Source: an uncultured Verrucomicrobiae bacterium
Lineage (GTDB): Bacteria; Verrucomicrobiota; Verrucomicrobiia; Chthoniobacterales; JAFAMB01
Assembly (NCBI GenBank): GCA_963837955.1
Contig: CAWIPH010000002.1
Span: 1,952,001 to 2,016,000, forward strand
Direction: 5' to 3'
Length of the DNA stretch: 64,000 nt
Below are positions 40,541-50,667 of this stretch, in pieces (positions within the stretch are counted from its first letter, which is position 1; every line of letters starts with the position of its first letter). The position numbers and the translations under genes were made by a program. The notes under the pieces were generated by a model. The model was given only the letters and a program-made list of their open reading frames with translations, did no database searches and had not been told where the DNA came from.

Positions 40541-41213
40541 GGTAGGGCGAAAGCCTGGGGCGGTATCAGCCGCACCGGCTTGAGCCGTTTGTGTCTGATC
40601 GCGGGCTTCAGAACCACCAGCGCTCGGCCTTCACCAATTCTCCACGATAGGGCCAGTCCCGGATGCGCCTCACAAGCCCCGCGCGGACCGGGTTTTCGTC
40701 CATATAGATTCGCTTTTCGATTGCGCCTTCGAAACAACGGAGGCGATGATGGAACGATCCTGGCTGCCACCGAAATTCAGGGTTCTTCAAGACTCGAGCG
40801 ACACCGCGTTTCCAGCACGTGATCCAATCATCGAAGGCTATTGGCTCTGCACCCGGTTCGGTGAAGAAATGTACATGGTCTGGCATGATGACGTAAGCGC
40901 TTACGATCCAACGACTGTGGCGGAGCCACGCGGCACGAAGGACACTGTGCACGCGTGGGGTGGCTAGCCATGGTTTCCGCTTCCTCGTGCACGTTGTTGC
41001 GAATACCAAAGTGGGAAGAGTTTCGTCTTCGAGAACTCCTCGGGCGGGGTGACGCCGTTGAGTATATAACATATTTATAAGATGTAGCTCAGTGTGTCGG
41101 GAAATCAAGTCCATCCGGGCAGGGTCGATCCCTGGGCTGCGGCTCAAACCCGGCGCGCGTGACGCAAGGTATCTCAGTGTTTTCCGGCAGCGCGCCGAGG
41201 TTTTCGCCCCACC
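40541..41213 (-). mobile_element. RAYT locus bounded by inverted GGTAGGGCGAAA-type REP ends
   Basis: GGTAGGGCGAAAG at 40541 and TTTTCGCCCCACC ending at 41213, flanking the HUH transposase. Confidence 0.8.
40608..41072 (-). CDS. REP-associated tyrosine transposase (RAYT; IS200-like Y1 HUH)
   Basis: FATTCT..RKP, AYVIMPDHVH (HUH), WQPGSFHHRLR, YMDENPVRAGLV (catalytic Tyr) and DWPY. Start inferred at 41072. Confidence 0.9.
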   Translation of the reverse strand: MLYTQRRHPARGVLEDETLPTLVFATTCTRKRKPWLATPRVHSVLRAAWLRHSRWIVSAYVIMPDHVHFFTEPGAEPIAFDDWITCWKRGVARVLKNPEFRWQPGSFHHRLRCFEGAIEKRIYMDENPVRAGLVRRIRDWPYRGELVKAERWWF

Positions 41214-41220
41214 GGTAGGG

Positions 41221-42399
41221 TTAACCCGCGCTTCCTAACCCAGCAAAGCACTCCAGGTATTTTGTTCCGGATCCGGTGTTGAAAAGGACGACCGATTCAT
41301 CGGGCCGGATTTGGCCAGTTGCTTGTAGCCGTTTCAGTGCTGCATAGCAGGCTCCGCCTTCCGGAGCGACGAAAACGCCCTCCGAGCTACCGATCTCCTG
41401 AACCGCAGCGAGCATCTCTTGGTCGCTCACAGCAACGGCGGTGCCACCAGACGCACGGACAGCATCCAATATTAGAAAATCACCGATAGCTTTCGGCACC
41501 CGGAGCCCGGATGCTTTGGTGGTAGCATTACGATGTTCTTCGGCGAACCGCTGATTTCCGGTAAATGCGGAAACAATCGGTTGGCAGCCGGTTGCCTGGA
41601 CCGCCACCATACGCGGCCGGCGAGAAGTGATCCAACCCATTGCTGTCATCTCTGCGAAGGCTTTCCACATACCGATCAAGCCGGTCCCGCCTCCGGTTGG
41701 ATAAATGATCACATCCGGTAGCGTCCAATCGAGCTGTTCGGCGATTTCGTATCCGAGCGTTTTCTTGCCCTCGACTCGATACGGTTCCTTCAGCGTTGAG
41801 AGATCGAACCACCCCTCTTTTTCTTTGCGCAGCGCGATCTCTTTTCCGCAATCGGTGATTAGTCCGTCTATCAACGTGACGTGAGCACCCAGAGCAATAG
41901 ACTCGATGACGTTGGCCTTCGGTGTATCCCTGGGCATGAAGAGATATGCCGGTAAACCCGCTCGAGCAGCGTATGCGGCCAGGGCCCCGGCGGCATTTCC
42001 GGCCGATGGGACGGCCAGTTTCTTGGCTCCAAGATATTTGGCCATGGCGACTGCCACAGCCATACCGCGCGCTTTGAAGCTGCCCGTCGGATTTTGCGAT
42101 TCGTCCTTGATCCAGAGCCGGTTGAGACCGCAGTGCGCGGCAAGACGCGGAGCGTAGAGTAGCGGCGTCCAACCTTCTCCCAGAGTTAACGCTTCCTGGT
42201 CGGGCGGCAGTGGTAGCATCTCTCGGTAGCGCCAGAGAGAACGGGGTCGCCCTGGAAGTGACGCTTTGAAGCCTTCGGCTTCGACCCGTCCAATTTGGTA
42301 CCGGGCCAGGAGTGGGCGGCCGCATTCCGTACAGACATTTTGTAGCTGCTGCCACGGAAGAATCCTTCCGCAGAGGCCGCACTGGAGATGGTGGAACAT
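41221..42399 (-). CDS. thrC: Threonine synthase
   Basis: N-terminal CxxC..CxxC, SLWRYRE.LP, LGEGWTPL, KDESQNPTGSFKARG, PSAGNAA, EPYRVEGKKT and NTGSGTKY. Confidence 0.88.
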   Translation of the reverse strand: MFHHLQCGLCGRILPWQQLQNVCTECGRPLLARYQIGRVEAEGFKASLPGRPRSLWRYREMLPLPPDQEALTLGEGWTPLLYAPRLAAHCGLNRLWIKDESQNPTGSFKARGMAVAVAMAKYLGAKKLAVPSAGNAAGALAAYAARAGLPAYLFMPRDTPKANVIESIALGAHVTLIDGLITDCGKEIALRKEKEGWFDLSTLKEPYRVEGKKTLGYEIAEQLDWTLPDVIIYPTGGGTGLIGMWKAFAEMTAMGWITSRRPRMVAVQATGCQPIVSAFTGNQRFAEEHRNATTKASGLRVPKAIGDFLILDAVRASGGTAVAVSDQEMLAAVQEIGSSEGVFVAPEGGACYAALKRLQATGQIRPDESVVLFNTGSGTKYLECFAGLGSAG

Positions 42400-42767
42400 C
42401 AGCAGGAGTGGAGTGGATTCGGGAGGGCGTATCGGTCCCGACTCGCACACTTGTCTCGCCGAAGCGTCCGACGAAGCCGCTTCCCGATGTTCGAGCCACG
42501 GTTGACTATTGGCGAAGTCGGAAGGCTTTGCGAAGGCGGAAGGCCATGTCGCGGCCACATTTCGAGGTATGCACAGCCTAAGAACGAGGGCGCGCTGAAG
42601 CTGGCGAAAGTGGCCGCGACCGCCGAACCGAGAGTATGATCGAACCCTGTTAGGCCGGAAAAGAGAATCCGAAATCTGGAAACCATTGAAGTGATAAGTA
42701 TTGCGGGCTCAATACTGACCGGAGTGACCATACGTCGTCAATGATTTGGCGTTAGCCCGATAGGAGT

Positions 42768-43071
42768 CGTCCCGGAGGGACCCAATGAAAGTAGCCAAGT
42801 ACGAAGTGCTGGGGATAATGCAAAAAAGAGACGTCCGTCCCGTCAGGGACGATAGAAGCGTTTTGGTTCCTGGTCCTCTCGTATGCGGCTTCACCAGCGT
42901 AAAGAGATCGATCGTCCCCTCCGGGACGGGTCATTTTTTTTGCATTATCCCCAGCACTTCGTACTGGGCTACTTTCACTGGGTCCCTCCGGGACAAAGGA
43001 TTAGACATCGGCCTTGTTGACGCACGTGCGCGGCCGCGGGGTGGGCTACTTTCATTGGGTCCCTCCGGGAC
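42768..43071. repeat. REPIN-like element (family A) plus extra half unit
   Basis: GTCCCGGAGGGACCCAATGAAAGTAGCC...CTGGGCTACTTTCACTGGGTCCCTCCGGGAC (to about 42994), then GGGCTACTTTCATTGGGTCCCTCCGGGAC (about 43043-43071). Confidence 0.88.
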
Positions 43072-43316
43072 AACAGCCTTGGACCTCCGTCTCTCGGCCC
43101 TCGCCGAACTCAGCCTCGAGAAGCACTACCGGTCGTCGGGCGCCAAGCACTTATGATGACGACGCCGCTCACAAAAGCGTAAATGCTGCTCTGCTGATTT
43201 TAGCGGAGCCATCACGCTTTCTGCCGTCACAGGACGAGTTCATCCCGTAAGAGCCCTTTAGACGGAGGTCGAGGTAAGACCTGCAAAACCAGCCGTCGAA
43301 ACCTCAAAAATTAACA

Positions 43317-43736
43317 ATGACCAAAATTATGAAGAAACAGATATTTGCTGTACTCGTTTTAATTGTAGCGTTAGCCGCCATACCGGCGAAGGCCGATCTT
43401 ATTGTTCTTCCGGGGGACAGTGATTCGATGGATTTCGTATTGGAGAACGCGACCAACGAACCGCTTACGGGATTTTACGTTGCGCCTAATGGGGAGATAT
43501 CGAATGACAATTGCCTAACTAGCGCGCTGCTCACCGGGCATAGCACAACATTGCGATTCTCTCGGAACTCCAGTGCCGGCTCCTACGATCTCAACTTTGT
43601 TTATCGAGACGGCCCGAACACCTCCATGAGCAATTTTGATTTGTCTGCGATCATGAAGATCAGGATTTCTATGGGCAATGGCGGTTCGCACATCACGCAA
43701 ATACAGTACCGTAACGGCAAAATAGAGCAGTATTAG
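43317..43736 (+). CDS. Small secreted hypothetical protein
   Basis: Signal peptide MKKQIFAVLVLIVALAAIPAKA and a beta-rich mature part (F.LEN.T.....FYVAP...YDL). Start may be 43329. Confidence 0.75.
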   Translation: MTKIMKKQIFAVLVLIVALAAIPAKADLIVLPGDSDSMDFVLENATNEPLTGFYVAPNGEISNDNCLTSALLTGHSTTLRFSRNSSAGSYDLNFVYRDGPNTSMSNFDLSAIMKIRISMGNGGSHITQIQYRNGKIEQY

Positions 43737-43896
43737 GCCTCCGGTCCGTCGCGTCCGCGCGCGTTTGCTGAAATGAAGCCGCTCTATATGCGAGGATTCG
43801 TTCTGTTAGTAGTTCTTGCGTCCAGCGACCCAGCGCCGAAAAAAGCTGCTTGATTTGATGGCATCGGTCACCAAGCGCTTAGGATGACGGCCGCGC

Positions 43897-45402
43897 TCAC
43901 AAAAGCATAAACGCTGCTCCGGCGATGAGGGTAGGCACTAGAGCACCAAGAAGTAGACCGAGAGGCGAGATGCCGCCCTCACCGAAACGGGAGGACAAGA
44001 TCGATACACCTGCGGGATTGGGAGCGTTTGCGATCACTGTTAGCCCGCCTCCAGTGATAGCACCCGCCATCACCGCGTATTTTAGAGAATCGGAAAAATT
44101 CGGCACCAACGAAGCCAGATAGGTGATAGCTGCGTTATCGTTGAACGCTGTTAAGATCGTCGCTCCGATCATCATCGGCCATTCAGTCAACTGCTGAAGT
44201 ACGGGCACGATCCACCATTCCTGGCATCCGCCGTGGATAACAAGTGAGCCAAGGAAAAAGCCAACCAAAAGCGCTTGGCGGAGCGCGATCTGGTGTTGGC
44301 TCCTTCGGGTGGCGGTGACAAACGCCAGGAAAAAAAGAAAGCCGAAGATGGTGAGCACCGGGTAATGCGCATTCACGACGGTCCAAGCCAAAAAAAGCAG
44401 ATGGATGAGAGTGATCGACCATGGAACCCCTCGACGTTCTTGAGTTGATTCCGCTTTGGCCGGCTCGGGAGCGAGTTTCCCGAGTTCCTTTCGGAATAGC
44501 AGCAAGAACAGAAGGTTGGAGACTAGAATAGCAACGACTGCTTTCCAGCCAAAGTTTTGTAGCATGAAAAGAAAGTCCCAATTCCAATGGCTTGCGACCA
44601 TCACGACTGGCGGGGCCGCAAAATGAGTAAGAGTTCCGCCAACCGAAATATTCACGAAAAGGAGACCCAGCGTCGCGTATTTCAGGTGCTTGCTCGGGTG
44701 CAGGTTGTAGAAGCGATGGCGGAGTAAGAGTGCACTGATGGTCATTGCCGCCGGCTCCGTGATGAAAGAGCCAAGGACCGGACCGATCGTTAGGATGGAC
44801 AACCACCAAAACATCGGGCGGCCCCGGCCGAGAGCTGCGATCCGAGCGATCGTGTTCTCTGCCATTCGGAGGATCGGCAACGAGCTGGCCATCGACATGA
44901 TGACAACCACAAATATCGCTTCGGCTACGTTCACGTGGCCTACGTAGCTGACCATCGCCCCCCACCCGTGAAAAAAGATGATGGCCATCATTAAAGGAAC
45001 GAGCCAAATGCCGAAGACGGCTTCGATTTCGCCCATGAAATGGAAAAATTGGGCGCGAAAGATCAGACGATCCCACTCGTCATCCAGGTTGCGGCGTTCA
45101 GTCGGATCCGATTCCTCGATGGCCCGCGCTTTAACATCGTAACCATGGGCGATTTTTTGAAACCGGGAAGCCAGAAAGGTATGCACGATCGCGCAGAAAA
45201 AGATGATCGTAGCCGCGGCATTAAATGGTTCTTGCTGAATCCGAGCGAGAAGCTTGCCGGAAAGGGATGAAATCGAGTCGTCGTTATAGCTGTCGCTGGA
45301 GAGTGGAAATTTTTGGTTATTTGCTGGCTGGGCGGCTCGCGCTGGCGCAGCGCCGAACAGCAGACACGGCAGGATCAAGAAAAGAAGACACCAGTTCTTC
45401 AT
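43897..45402 (-). CDS. Putative Na+/H+ antiporter (DUF1504-like)
   Basis: HFMGEIEAVFGIW, GSFITEPAAMT, NISVGGTLTHFAAPP, LTAFNDNAAITY and GGGLTVIANAPNPAG. Start at 45402. Confidence 0.85.
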   Translation of the reverse strand: MKNWCLLFLILPCLLFGAAPARAAQPANNQKFPLSSDSYNDDSISSLSGKLLARIQQEPFNAAATIIFFCAIVHTFLASRFQKIAHGYDVKARAIEESDPTERRNLDDEWDRLIFRAQFFHFMGEIEAVFGIWLVPLMMAIIFFHGWGAMVSYVGHVNVAEAIFVVVIMSMASSLPILRMAENTIARIAALGRGRPMFWWLSILTIGPVLGSFITEPAAMTISALLLRHRFYNLHPSKHLKYATLGLLFVNISVGGTLTHFAAPPVVMVASHWNWDFLFMLQNFGWKAVVAILVSNLLFLLLFRKELGKLAPEPAKAESTQERRGVPWSITLIHLLFLAWTVVNAHYPVLTIFGFLFFLAFVTATRRSQHQIALRQALLVGFFLGSLVIHGGCQEWWIVPVLQQLTEWPMMIGATILTAFNDNAAITYLASLVPNFSDSLKYAVMAGAITGGGLTVIANAPNPAGVSILSSRFGEGGISPLGLLLGALVPTLIAGAAFMLL

Positions 45403-45608
45403 GGGGGAGGAATTGGGCGTATCGGCGTGCCGGCGTTTCGGAGTATCGGCGTGTTGTTGCATGTTCTGGGGGTTCTGCGGCAATCCGTGTGCGTTCGCGT
45501 CTATTCGTGGTTTGAGAACGATCGACTCCCTTAGCGGGGCATGGCTAGGCATTACCCGTCACGCCCTTACGCTGGTCCTGGCCCTCTCATCTCCCGTCTC
45601 CAAACCCA

Positions 45609-45905
45609 TCACAAATCTTTCGTCTTGAGTTGGGCTAAGCACCGTTCGAGGGCATTGAGCGCGTTCTCGGCATCCGGACCTTCGGCGGTGACCAACAGTT
45701 CAGCGCCGGTGCGAATGTCAGCCGTCATGATATCCATGATGCTTGTCGCCGAACAGCTTCGTCCGTTCGCTTCCAAGGTGATAGAGCTCTTAAAACGCAT
45801 TGCGCATCGGACGATCTCGCTAGTCGGGCGGGCATGGAGACCGGTCGCGTTGGTGACCTGCATTTTGCGGGTCAATTTCTTCGTGGAATTGGACGCTTGG
45901 GTCAT
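45609..45905 (-). CDS. HPr family phosphocarrier protein
   Basis: NATGLHARP (His15), SATSIMDIM (Ser46) and AEGPDA. Confidence 0.9.
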   Translation of the reverse strand: MTQASNSTKKLTRKMQVTNATGLHARPTSEIVRCAMRFKSSITLEANGRSCSATSIMDIMTADIRTGAELLVTAEGPDAENALNALERCLAQLKTKDL

Positions 45906-45926
45906 GAGGGGGGTGAAGCGGACCAT

Positions 45927-46193
45927 TCAGATAGTGTGGGAAGGCGCTTGGGTGAATTCATCCTCACTGATTTCCTCGATCTTCAGAACGTGGGGATTCT
46001 CGCAACAAAGCTCCAGGAAACGGTCTCGATCGGCATCTCCCTTTAATTCCACCAGAATGAGCTGCGCGCTCGCATTCCTTTTGCGGGCCCAACCAGAAAC
46101 CCAAGGTAGATACACAACAGGTGGGAAGACATGAAATTGATAGAATGCGGCCTCTTCATTCTGGAATGTGATTCGAAAGCAAAATCGATACAT
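45927..46193 (-). CDS. Hypothetical protein upstream of HPr
   Basis: 88-aa ORF MYRFCFRITF...NPHVLKIEEISEDEF, co-oriented and adjacent to HPr. Confidence 0.55.
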   Translation of the reverse strand: MYRFCFRITFQNEEAAFYQFHVFPPVVYLPWVSGWARKRNASAQLILVELKGDADRDRFLELCCENPHVLKIEEISEDEFTQAPSHTI

Positions 46194-46340
46194 CGAGCGG
46201 TAATAAAACCGCCGAGCCCGGAGACGCAAAGGGGAAAAGCCCTCGGGGGGAGGATTAGTGATTGGTGACCGGTGAATGGTGATTGGGTGATTAGTGAATG
46301 ATGATTGGTAAATCAGTGAGGGTTAATCGGGAATCCGCGA

Positions 46341-46569
46341 TCGCCCGCCGGGGCAGAGCGCCGAAGGCGCGATTCAAGATAGCCTAGAGGGTGAAGCCCT
46401 AGGAATAGAAACAATAAACGGGATCAGCGCTGAAAGCGCGTGACAATGTGAGATTAGGGAAACGTTGAGACGGACCTTCAGCGCGTAACCGCTTGGGGAC
46501 CGATTTCCTAGGGCTGCACCCTAGGGGCTATCTTGAATCGCGCCTTTGGCGCTTTGCCCCGACGGGCGA
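46341..46569. repeat. Long inverted repeat element (family B-like) nested in heptamer arrays
   Basis: TCGCCCGCCGGGGCAGAGCGCCGAAGGCGCGATTCAAGATAGCC pairs with GGCTATCTTGAATCGCGCCTTTGGCGCTTTGCCCCGACGGGCGA. GGTGATT-type arrays at 46254-46330. Confidence 0.88.
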
Positions 46570-46616
46570 CCGCCGACCACCAATCACCCTCCGACCCCTC
46601 CCATGCGCGTTTCACG

Positions 46617-47879
46617 CTACCGGTGTTTTCGCCGTCGTTTGGCCGCCTTTGCCAGCCGAATTTTTGGTCGCCAGGTGTCTCGTTGATCTAGTTCTTGCAG
46701 AACCAAGCTCGCGGCGCCACGGGCCCAGACAACATCACCCCAGTGATGGATCATTAAATCAAAATCGTGCCGAAGCGGATCAATCAGGCGGTCGTCAATG
46801 GTTGCGCGCATCGACTTCTCAAACAGGTGAGCGCAACTCACAGCGCCTTCACAGATAACGACCCGTTCCGGGTTAATGAGATTGACGAAGTTAGCGATGC
46901 CCAGCCCGAGATAATTGCCCATTTGTTCAAAGATCCGGCGATAACGACGATTTCCCGCTTCCGCCTCTTGCACGACTTGCCGCAGGAGCGAAATGCGCGC
47001 TTGGTAATCCAAAGGTTGGGCTGGTAGCTGAAACCCGGCGCTTTGGGCTTCACGTAAAATAGCAAATCCGGCCGTGTGTGTTTCCATGCAGCCGTGTTGG
47101 CCGCACTGGCAAATCGGCCCGTCGAACACCAATTTGGTGTGTCCAAATTCTGCACCAATTCCGCGAGCGCCCCGGAATAGTCTCCCATTTAAAATCAAGC
47201 CGCTTCCGGTTCCGTGCTCAATCGTGATGACAATGACGTGCTGCAGACCCTTTGCCAGCCCAAACCAATGTTCGGCCAAAGTCACCAAATTCGCGTCGTT
47301 TTCGATAAAGACCGGCGCGTCGAAACGGCTCCGAAGCAATTTGCCGAACTCCACGTCGCGTCCCCTGAATACCGGGCTCCAAAACACTTTCCCTGATTCT
47401 GCTTCCACAAAACCAGGTATCCCGACTCCGATTCCACTTACTTCGGTCAACGTTTTTTTTGCCTGCTTTAGGCAGGCGCGGACAGCCTTAGCCACAAAAG
47501 CCGCCAGCTGAACTGGCGACAGATCAAGCGGTTCGCATGCGATATTCTCCGAAGCGAGCACGTCGCCGGTAAAATCGGTCAAAGAAACAACAATCTGATG
47601 GGTGGCGATTTTGACGCCGGCCACGTGCATATAGTTCGGATGCAGTTTGAGAGCCACGAGCGGACGTCCGCGTCCACGGGTTGCGACAGGCATCGAGTCC
47701 TCTTCGATCAGAGCGCCTTCTTCGATCAAATGACTGACGATACTGGATATCGTGGCTTGGCTCAGTCCTGTGACTTGGGCCAGCTCTGATCGCGAAATTT
47801 GATTATCGTGAAGCCGAATGGCGTGTAAAACATCAAACCGATTAATGTTCCGAATGATGGCGGGACCTCGAGAAGCCAT
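46617..47879 (-). CDS. ROK-family transcriptional repressor (NagC/XylR-like)
   Basis: ISRSELAQVTGLSQATIS HTH, IENDAN, GAEFGH and C.CG..GC.E. Confidence 0.92.
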   Translation of the reverse strand: MASRGPAIIRNINRFDVLHAIRLHDNQISRSELAQVTGLSQATISSIVSHLIEEGALIEEDSMPVATRGRGRPLVALKLHPNYMHVAGVKIATHQIVVSLTDFTGDVLASENIACEPLDLSPVQLAAFVAKAVRACLKQAKKTLTEVSGIGVGIPGFVEAESGKVFWSPVFRGRDVEFGKLLRSRFDAPVFIENDANLVTLAEHWFGLAKGLQHVIVITIEHGTGSGLILNGRLFRGARGIGAEFGHTKLVFDGPICQCGQHGCMETHTAGFAILREAQSAGFQLPAQPLDYQARISLLRQVVQEAEAGNRRYRRIFEQMGNYLGLGIANFVNLINPERVVICEGAVSCAHLFEKSMRATIDDRLIDPLRHDFDLMIHHWGDVVWARGAASLVLQELDQRDTWRPKIRLAKAAKRRRKHR

Positions 47880-47982
47880 GGGTGAGATCAAAATGGGGGG
47901 TGTTAGACCTTTGTACGTGAGTATACACCGGAAGCGCAAGAGGCGAATCGAGGGATCAGTCGCTCATTCGACGAAAAAGCCC

Positions 47983-48207
47983 CGTAGCCTGATGCTGGAG
48001 TAGCCTGACGCTCCAGCCTCAGGGAGCTTGTTAGTGACTAACGCCGACAACGCCGGGAACGCCGGGAACGCCGGGAACGGCCGGGAACGCATTGGTTGGT
48101 GATTAGTGAGAGGGCGGTGGGAGCTTTGTCGAGGGTTTACCGACAGGGGACCTCTCACCAATCACCTCTCACGCGCTGGGTTCCTGAGCCGGGAGGATCA
48201 GGCTACG
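47983..48207. repeat. Family E REP doublet enclosing 9-mer (AACGCCGGG) and heptamer arrays
   Basis: CGTAGCCTGATGC...; AACGCCGGG units at about 48049-48090; ...GGATCAGGCTACG. Confidence 0.8.
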
Positions 48208-48210
48208 CTG

Positions 48211-49065
48211 TCAGGCCTCAATCGCTTGCAGGATTAGTTCTAATGCTGCGGCGGCTTGCACGGTTCTGGCAACCTCGACCGGCCCGCCCGCTTCGGGATG
48301 AAACCGGGTATGCCCCGTCGCTTCGATCTTGACGACCCCGGTTTCGAACTCGAACAGCTCCCGATGGAGGATCGCCAAAGCGGTTAACGGATCATGAAGA
48401 TGACAACGCTGTCGCTCTAGCCTTTCCCACCAAAGCCGGGTTTGCTGCTCCAACAATGTACCAAGTCCGTTCGGCAAACCGGATAGACGAAGTAGTTTCG
48501 GCTCTGTTATTTCGACTTGTAGCGTCACATCGAGTCCTACCGCTGTAATCGGAATGCCGGAGTCGAAGACGATACCGGCCGCCTCCGGGTCTACCTGAAT
48601 ATTATGCTCCAGGTAGGGCAACCAGAACGCTCCGCCCATCAGATAAATGCGTTCAACGTCGCGGACAAACGCCGGACTGTTCTGGACTGCTAAGGCGAGA
48701 TTAGTGAGAGGCGCGATCGCGAGTATTTCTAACCGCTTCTCGGCCGCAGCCTTTACCAGAAAGTCCGGAGCGCTAGTTTCGGTATTAACGGACAATGTGT
48801 CGAGGTCCGGGAACCCTTTGGTGTCGGGTTCGTTCCAAGATGTCGCCCGCGAGACCAGCGGTGAGGTTTCACCAGGTATGACCGGGATCGATTCGCGCCC
48901 GAGAAGTTGACAGACGTACCGGGCTATCTTCGCGCGAACCGAGGAGTTTCCATGCACGGTTGTGATCCCTCTGAGTTCGATCTCTGCACTCTTCGCGAGC
49001 ATTACCAGGGTATACAAATCGTCGACGTCGTATCCAATATCGGTGTCGAGCAACAGTGGGCGCAC
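48211..49065 (-). CDS. Nucleoside hydrolase (IU-NH family)
   Basis: LDTDIGYDVDD, AIAPLTNLA, LMGG, EHNIQVDPEAA, GLDVT and LHDPL. Confidence 0.92.
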   Translation of the reverse strand: MRPLLLDTDIGYDVDDLYTLVMLAKSAEIELRGITTVHGNSSVRAKIARYVCQLLGRESIPVIPGETSPLVSRATSWNEPDTKGFPDLDTLSVNTETSAPDFLVKAAAEKRLEILAIAPLTNLALAVQNSPAFVRDVERIYLMGGAFWLPYLEHNIQVDPEAAGIVFDSGIPITAVGLDVTLQVEITEPKLLRLSGLPNGLGTLLEQQTRLWWERLERQRCHLHDPLTALAILHRELFEFETGVVKIEATGHTRFHPEAGGPVEVARTVQAAAALELILQAIEA

Positions 49066-49241
49066 GGAAGCGATCAGTAGCTCTAAATTGAAACGATGGG
49101 TAGGAGAATTCGAATCCGGGAAAGGGACAGCGCTCGCGCGATAGCCGATCGCCGATAGCCAATGTGCTATTTGCTATCGGTCAGTTCTGCTCGCTTTGAG
49201 ATTGCAGTAGCCGCAGAAACTGGGATTTGATTGCGGCCACA

Positions 49242-50030
49242 ATGCGAATTCCTCCGCTGCTCCGCATCTCGATCTGGTTGCTCCCGCTCATTGTCTTAAC
49301 CCAAATTAGCCAGGGACAGTCTATTCAGCTCACCGATTCGCAGGCCCAGAGCGTCGGAAGGCGGCTGTGGCAAAATGAATCAGGGGGAAGCGTCGCCGGT
49401 CTTACTGCCTGGAATACCGGCGAAGATTTCGCTTCACTCGGAATCGCCCACTTTATTTGGTACCCCGAGAAAAGACGTGGACCATTTGAAGAGAGCTTTC
49501 CTCCGTTACTGGCTTTTCTGCGATCATCCGGTGCGTCGGTGCCAAACTGGTTAGCCGATGCCAAGGCATGTCCGTGGTCAACGCGCGCTGAATTTTTGGC
49601 TGCGACAAATAGCCCGAAAATGGAGGAGTTACGCAGCCTTCTCGCTAGAACGGTTGGATTGCAGGCCCGGTTTGCAGCCAATCGTCTGGAACAAGCGCTA
49701 CCGAAGATGCTCGCGGCTGCCCCGGCAGAGAAACACGCGTCGATCCAGCACAATTTCGCCAGAGTAGCGGCGCTTTCCAACGGAGCGTACGCGCTCGTGG
49801 ACTACGTCAATTTCAAGGGAGAGGGAACGTTAGTGACCGAACGTTACAACGGAGAAGGTTGGGGGTTGCTGCAGGTATTGGAGACGATGGGGGACGGTCC
49901 GGCGCTCCAGGAGTTTAGTCGAGCCGCAGATAAAGTCTTGACCCGGCGCGTTCAAAACGCGCCACCGGCGCGCGGGGAGCAGCGGTGGTTAGCAGGTTGG
50001 CGGAACCGGGTCCGGAGCTATGCGGAGTGA
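49242..50030 (+). CDS. Secreted hypothetical protein
   Basis: Signal peptide and conserved-looking motifs WQNE, AWNTGEDFASLGIAHFIWYP, DYVNFKGEG and ERYNGEGWGLLQVL. Confidence 0.8.
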   Translation: MRIPPLLRISIWLLPLIVLTQISQGQSIQLTDSQAQSVGRRLWQNESGGSVAGLTAWNTGEDFASLGIAHFIWYPEKRRGPFEESFPPLLAFLRSSGASVPNWLADAKACPWSTRAEFLAATNSPKMEELRSLLARTVGLQARFAANRLEQALPKMLAAAPAEKHASIQHNFARVAALSNGAYALVDYVNFKGEGTLVTERYNGEGWGLLQVLETMGDGPALQEFSRAADKVLTRRVQNAPPARGEQRWLAGWRNRVRSYAE

Positions 50031-50158
50031 CTGAATCGAGGAGCCAGGAGGGATCGCGTCCTCGCGATCCGCGGCGCACGAGGACGTGCGCCCTCCCCGT
50101 CCAGGGCGAAGATCAACGCTGCGATCGGCAACCGATCACTGCTTCCCGATCACCGGTC

Positions 50159-50587
50159 CTATTTCCGGTGACTCGCGCTATCCAACGAATAGCGATCCCA
50201 ATTGGCGGTCGCTAATAGGACGGTGAAGAAAGCGACGTAAATCATTTGCTCGCTCGCAACCGTCCAATTCTGAATCTGCGTTGCACCGAATGTCAGCAGA
50301 CACATAAAAAGCGTCCCACCGATTAAGCTCGGGCGAAGGTACCATCCCGCGATGAGAACGATGCCAAAGATCAGTTCGAGTGGGGGAATAACGTCGCCTA
50401 CCAGGGTTATCAACGGACCTGGTATCCAGGTTTTTTCGAACATCTTTTCCATACCGGCGGCAAAGGCTGGGATGTTGCCGATGCGGGTAATGCCGTGACC
50501 GAGCAAATTGATGCCGAGCGCAATCCTGGCCAAAGCATGCGCAAGGGAGAGGTCGCTATGTGAAAGATTTGGGTCGGGTCGTTCCAT
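50159..50587 (-). CDS. DoxX family membrane protein
   Basis: LARIALG...HG..R, E...G..LI.G, four TM segments and C-terminal YSLD. Confidence 0.85.
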   Translation of the reverse strand: MERPDPNLSHSDLSLAHALARIALGINLLGHGITRIGNIPAFAAGMEKMFEKTWIPGPLITLVGDVIPPLELIFGIVLIAGWYLRPSLIGGTLFMCLLTFGATQIQNWTVASEQMIYVAFFTVLLATANWDRYSLDSASHRK

Positions 50588-50667
50588 GGCGCGTGATCAT
50601 ACGACAATCGCCGGGGCGTTGTCGTGCGCGAATTGCGGGGATTGCGGGCTCGGCTAAGCCTCGCCCG

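Noticed and set aside
41528..42499. Long alternative-frame ORFs (also 44183-45076, 7163-7930, 38250-38933 and those within 56109-63976)
   Set aside because: These are shadow frames of well-supported genes, with Arg/Ser/Pro-rich composition typical of GC-rich off-frames.
14567..43071. CRISPR array interpretation of the recurring GTCCC...GGGAC palindromes
   Set aside because: Copies are dispersed and inverted, not regularly spaced direct repeats with unique spacers, and there are no cas genes.
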